A stretch of 64,000 bases of DNA from contig CAVNZM010000014.1 in NCBI GenBank assembly GCA_963693365.1, forward strand, positions 6,262,001-6,326,000, in the 5' to 3' direction. A program made the translations under genes and the position numbers. The notes beneath the pieces are model-generated. The model had not been told where the DNA came from. It saw only the letters and a program-made list of their open reading frames with translations, and searched no databases. Below are positions 59,541-64,000 of this stretch, piece by piece. Source of the stretch: Amoebidium appalachense (Eukaryota > Protista > Ichthyosporea). Numbering within the stretch: position 1 is the first letter of the stretch; each line of letters starts with the position of its first letter.

Positions 59541-60851
59541 CCCCCCAAACACACGCACACACCCCACCCCCCCTCCACATCGATGTATAGGCGCATCATT
59601 TCTCACCTCCACACAGCTCCCTGTTCTGGCCCCCCCCCTCCCCGCCTCCAACACCCCCAAGCTCTCTCCCCCCCCCCCCCCCCCCCCTACACACACACAC
59701 ACACACGCACATGCACACATGCACATACTTGACAAGAACTACTTCTCTTTGCATTTTAGAGCTTTGGGGAAGTGGACGGACTGGCTGCGGTGGCGGTGGT
59801 GGTTTTGGGGGGAGGGAGGGGGGGGGGGGGGGAGGGGGTTGGTTGTTCTTTTTAATGCCAAGGCATTTGCAAATTACGGTATATCCCACTGACTGTCCAA
59901 TTTTTTTTTCTGCAGCTGTACCCCGGAGAGGACCTAGTTGTGGGCTGCTACGCATATCTCGACGGTGAACTGCACGTGCGCCTGTCCATTGCGATGGATA
60001 TGATCGTGAGGGGGTGCATGGAGAAGAGGAAGGGCACTGCCCTGGCTTACCTCAACACACCCACACAGACTTTCATTGTGTCGCAGGATGCACGCAAGGT
60101 ACGTGTGTGTGGTGTGTGTGTCTTCTCTCTCTCCATCTCCCGCCTCTCTCCCTCTCGGCTCTCGTGTGTGTGTGTGTGTGTGTGTGTTTGTGTGTCATGT
60201 GTGTGTCATGTGTGGATGTGTAATCTGAATAGGTGATTGTTCGTAAATTGTCTTTTCGTTTTTTTGTTTTGGGGGGGAGGGGGAGAGAGAGTGTGAATTG
60301 AGGGGGGGGGGGGGTTTGCTTTGGTGTGTGGTTGTGTGTCGTGTACGGAAGATCTATTCAGAACCGTTGACGTTCCTATGCTGGGAAACAGCACAGGTAC
60401 ACACACGTAAACACACGCGTGCACACTACACACACCTACATTTCACCAGGCACACAATTTACAATACACGCACACATACACTGCATGCCCCTGTGTTCAA
60501 ACAACACACCACACACGAGTAGACACACACGTACACGCTACACATAAAGACCGTACACACCTACACATACACCTACACACATGCCGTATACATTCACACA
60601 CACACACACGCACACCACACTCACGTACGCACCACATTCTCGCCCACCCACATGCACATATGTACACACAATATATCGGTGCACGGGTGCACACACCAGA
60701 CAAACATTTCACACCAACACAAAAGGAATATAAGGGCACACATACAAATCACACACGCACACGAAGTCGGACGAAAAAATGAGTATTCTAATCCTGTCCC
60801 CCCCCCCCCCCCCCCCCCCCCCCCCTTCCCCAGTATACACACACAAATGCG

Positions 60852-60888
<37 letters not shown>

Positions 60889-61171
60889 CACACGCGCGCG
60901 CACACACGTAAATACACACCCACACAAACACACTCCAAACACAGGCAAGTGACAAAGCCTACAACGAGTTCTCCCTCTTCAACCTCATCATGACACCCCT
61001 GCGCCTGTTCGGAGGCAAGAGATTCCTCGTCAAGAACTACACCAAACCCGCTGTTGTTGGGGAGGATGGGAAGGCACGGTCCATCATTGATAGCTTGGTG
61101 GTGGCTCAGGGGCCAAACTATGCACTCGCAAAGACTCTGCAGCATTGGAGAGCTGTCACTGCAAGGTGTGT

Positions 61172-61202
<31 letters not shown>

Positions 61203-61897
61203 GGGGAAGCACAAACTATGCACCGGCAAAAACCGGAGAGCAGTTATGGCTCGGTGTGTGGGTGAGGCGTGGGGGGGGAGGGGGAAGGTTTGGATGTGTG
61301 TGTGTAAAGGGAGGGGGTGGGTTGTGGTTGTGTCTGTGTGTGTGTGTGTGGGGGGGGGGGGGGCTTCAAAGATTGTAGAGTGCCTGTGGGTGTTGGACAT
61401 TTGTTTACAGTAGTGAGGGGCCACAGTCCCCCCCCATCCACCCACCCACCAACACCACCAAAAAAAACACACACACACACACACACACAGAAAAAAGGGA
61501 GAGTAGTTGAACTTACTACCGGACTTCACATTCTGACCTGCCTCCCCCCCAACACACACGCACACAACCCCCCCCCCCCCCCCCCCCCCCCCCCCACCCC
61601 CCACCCCTTACACGCACACACACACGTACAGGTGGAACGGCCACCTCGTATCCTCCAACGTAGCCCCCTCCACCGCCACCGCCTCCGTGGTATCCAACCG
61701 CACGTTTGCCTGGGCATACGGTGGCATGTACTACTTCAAGCCAATGGAGATTTTCAACCAGGAGACGAGTAACGGGGTGATGGCTACACTGCTCATCAAC
61801 GATATCAACAATGATAAGGCCGCTGGAAACCCCAAGGTTTGTTTTTTGTTTTTCTGGCACAAAAAGACCCCCCCCCCCCCCAAAAAAAAAAATACGC

Positions 61898-61935
<38 letters not shown>

Positions 61936-62043
61936 ATGATGCATACTCTGTGTGTTTGCTTTGGAGACTATGCATTGTGATGTCCATCGCTAACGTGCAC
62001 TTTCGTGCCCTGTAACACATTTTTATCCCCCTCTCCCCCTCTT

Positions 62044-62092
<49 letters not shown>

Positions 62093-62664
62093 TTTCTCCC
62101 CCCCGGTTTTCTAACTTTCCGGCTTGGTAATGTCTTTGCTTGCACGCTTGACATAATCCATGTATCCACTATGCGCCCTCACATGCACACATACTAAACT
62201 GGAATTCGTGGTTGTCTGTGCATTGTTCCAACAGTGTCCCTGGACGTGTCTCGATTCCACACACAATCTAAACACTCGGTCATAGTGCCCCTTTTCAATC
62301 AAATTGGGTATTAGAACCTTCGCCTGGGGGGGGGGGGGGGGGGGGGGGGGGGGTGGAGGTGGAAAGAGCGGAGAGGGTGCAGGAATAGGATGAAGGTGCG
62401 TGTGCGTTGGGGGGGGGGGGGGGGGGGGGGGTTGGAAAGCAAAAACACTAACAAATGTGCCTTTTTTCTGTACAGACCACGCTGTCTCACCCGTACGAGC
62501 TCTTCACGGAGGGGGCCTTACACGGCGGTATTTGGCGCCAGGCCTACAAGATGACGACTGTGGGTGAGGTGGCTGCCCTGCTCTACTTCTGGGATAAGGC
62601 CAAGCCCGCAGTCCTGCTTGCTATCGTTGCCGTTATCGCTGCAATTTTCCTCTACAAACCGTAA
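54995..62664 (+). CDS. Uncharacterised ~528-aa protein with Rossmann-like GAGSAMG motif and C-terminal tail anchor (1-nt frameshift in exon 1)
   Basis: Nine GT-AG exons: 54995-55150, 56074-56230, 57209-57408, 58006-58128, 59065-59218, 59916-60098, 60945-61165, 61632-61836, 62476-62664. Total is 1588 nt; removing one A from GAAAAATGTC (~55122) gives 1587 nt fully open. Motifs EKNWRFGY, FVLCGAGSAMGP...IIALDLDR, VVAQGPNYALAK, HGGIWR; ends AVLLAIVAVIAAIFLYKP*. Confidence 0.88.
58137..58430 (+). repeat. ~150-bp tandem duplication in intron 4
   Basis: ATTTTCCTAAAAGAAAATTGG...CCCATCGAACC occurs twice, differing only in poly-C length. Confidence 0.9.
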
Positions 62665-63266
62665 AATTGAATTGGAATATTGGACTGAGGGGTTTTCTTT
62701 TGAAAATATATACGCTTTTGGCGGATAGGGGTGGAAGTTTGGGCAATGGACGGTGTTCATTGCACTTATTTTTTTCCCTCTGGAGCCGTGGGGAAAAAAG
62801 TTTCTGGAAGAGTGTTTGGCCTGTGTGTAGAGAGGGAATGTAGATGCAAGACTTGCCAAATATGGAAGGTGTGGTGCCAGCGATTGGGTCTTTTGGCGAT
62901 TTAACTTAGTCCATTGATATATAGATAACATTCAAGTTACACTTCGTGTAGTGACACGCATTTCTTTTCCTTCCTTTGCTTCCTTCTTTCTTTCTTTCCT
63001 TTTTTTTTTTCTTTTCTTTGGTTGCGATTTCATTCCAGTTACTTAGCATCCAACTACGGTGTGCCATGATGTTTTGACGGCATAAACCCTGAGATGTGAT
63101 TGGCTACTATTTAGCCAATAGGAATCATCCAATAAATGTAGAGATGTATACAATCCGATGTCTGCGCACAATCGTTTTCAGACCGATGCAACCTTATCAT
63201 CCACCCCTAATCTGACACATGCATGCCCACACACACTTTTTCTGTTTGCCCCTACTTTTCTCCCCA

Positions 63267-63299
<33 letters not shown>

Positions 63300-63401
63300 T
63301 ATCCGCCTCTCTCTCCCTCTTTCATCCCCCCCCCCCCCCCCCCCCCCTCCCCTCTCTCTCTTCCTTGTCTCTCTCTCTCTCTCTCTCTCAATCCCCTCCA
63401 C

Positions 63402-63440
<39 letters not shown>

Positions 63441-63910
63441 CCCACACACACACACATGTACACACACAGCCCCCTCTCCCTCGCTCTGGCACACACGTGC
63501 AGGGATGATTCTGCTGAATCACAGTGCGACAACACCTACACACAAACACAGACACACATACATACACCATTAGTTGATGTAACATCAGCAAGATCCGTGT
63601 ACGTGTGTGCGGGCTAAAGCATCTACATACACGGTACTTATATCTAAATCACGCATGGTCGTACACACGCACAACTTGAGCACACAGCCGGGGCACACAC
63701 ACACGGTCACACGCACATACGCAACTTACCATGTTATGTGTAATCGCCGGCACATAATGAATGCCATGTATGTTTGCCCATACAGCACCATGCTCATTCA
63801 CATGTACAACACCATAGTGCCTGTGCTACCATGACGCAAGCGCGCGCGCGCATGCCGCAAACACACAAACACACACACACACACACGTATCACACATGCA
63901 CGCACACACA

Positions 63911-63948
<38 letters not shown>

Positions 63949-64000
63949 CCAGTGATCATGACTCTAACACACAGTCTCACGTGTTAACGTTCAGACCGCA

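Overview
This window is eukaryotic, intron-rich DNA saturated with (CA)/(GT), (GA)/(CT), poly-C/poly-G and (GCGT) microsatellites, and most ORFs in the supplied track are translations of those repeats. I hand-spliced two multi-exon + strand genes. The first is a ~1129-aa type-I surface protein (28532-37313) with signal peptide, beta/gamma-crystallin-like domain, PAN/Apple-like repeats, polybasic furin sites and a TM helix; its backbone looks ZP-module-like. The second is a ~528-aa uncharacterised Rossmann-like tail-anchored protein (54995-62664), whose exons 2-4 are duplicated at ~2300-5650. Also present are an intronless degraded F-box/ankyrin-like pseudogene (45214-49008, -), a young Ty1/copia element with an RT deletion (13039-18885), a non-autonomous Ty3/gypsy element (19465-23037, -), a TIR element with 8-bp TSD (26158-27478), two LINE fragments and several repeat families. 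Three signals stand out. (i) The copia coding region keeps abundant CpG but has almost no CGC/GCG, suggesting context-specific methylation acting on it. (ii) Many introns have GU/G-rich 5' arms and AC/C-rich 3' arms in place of a U-rich tract, suggesting structure-assisted splicing. (iii) A ZP-like protein appears split by phase-1 shuffled exons. The organism is not identifiable from sequence alone; a unicellular holozoan such as an ichthyosporean is a guess. All alignments and counts were done by eye.
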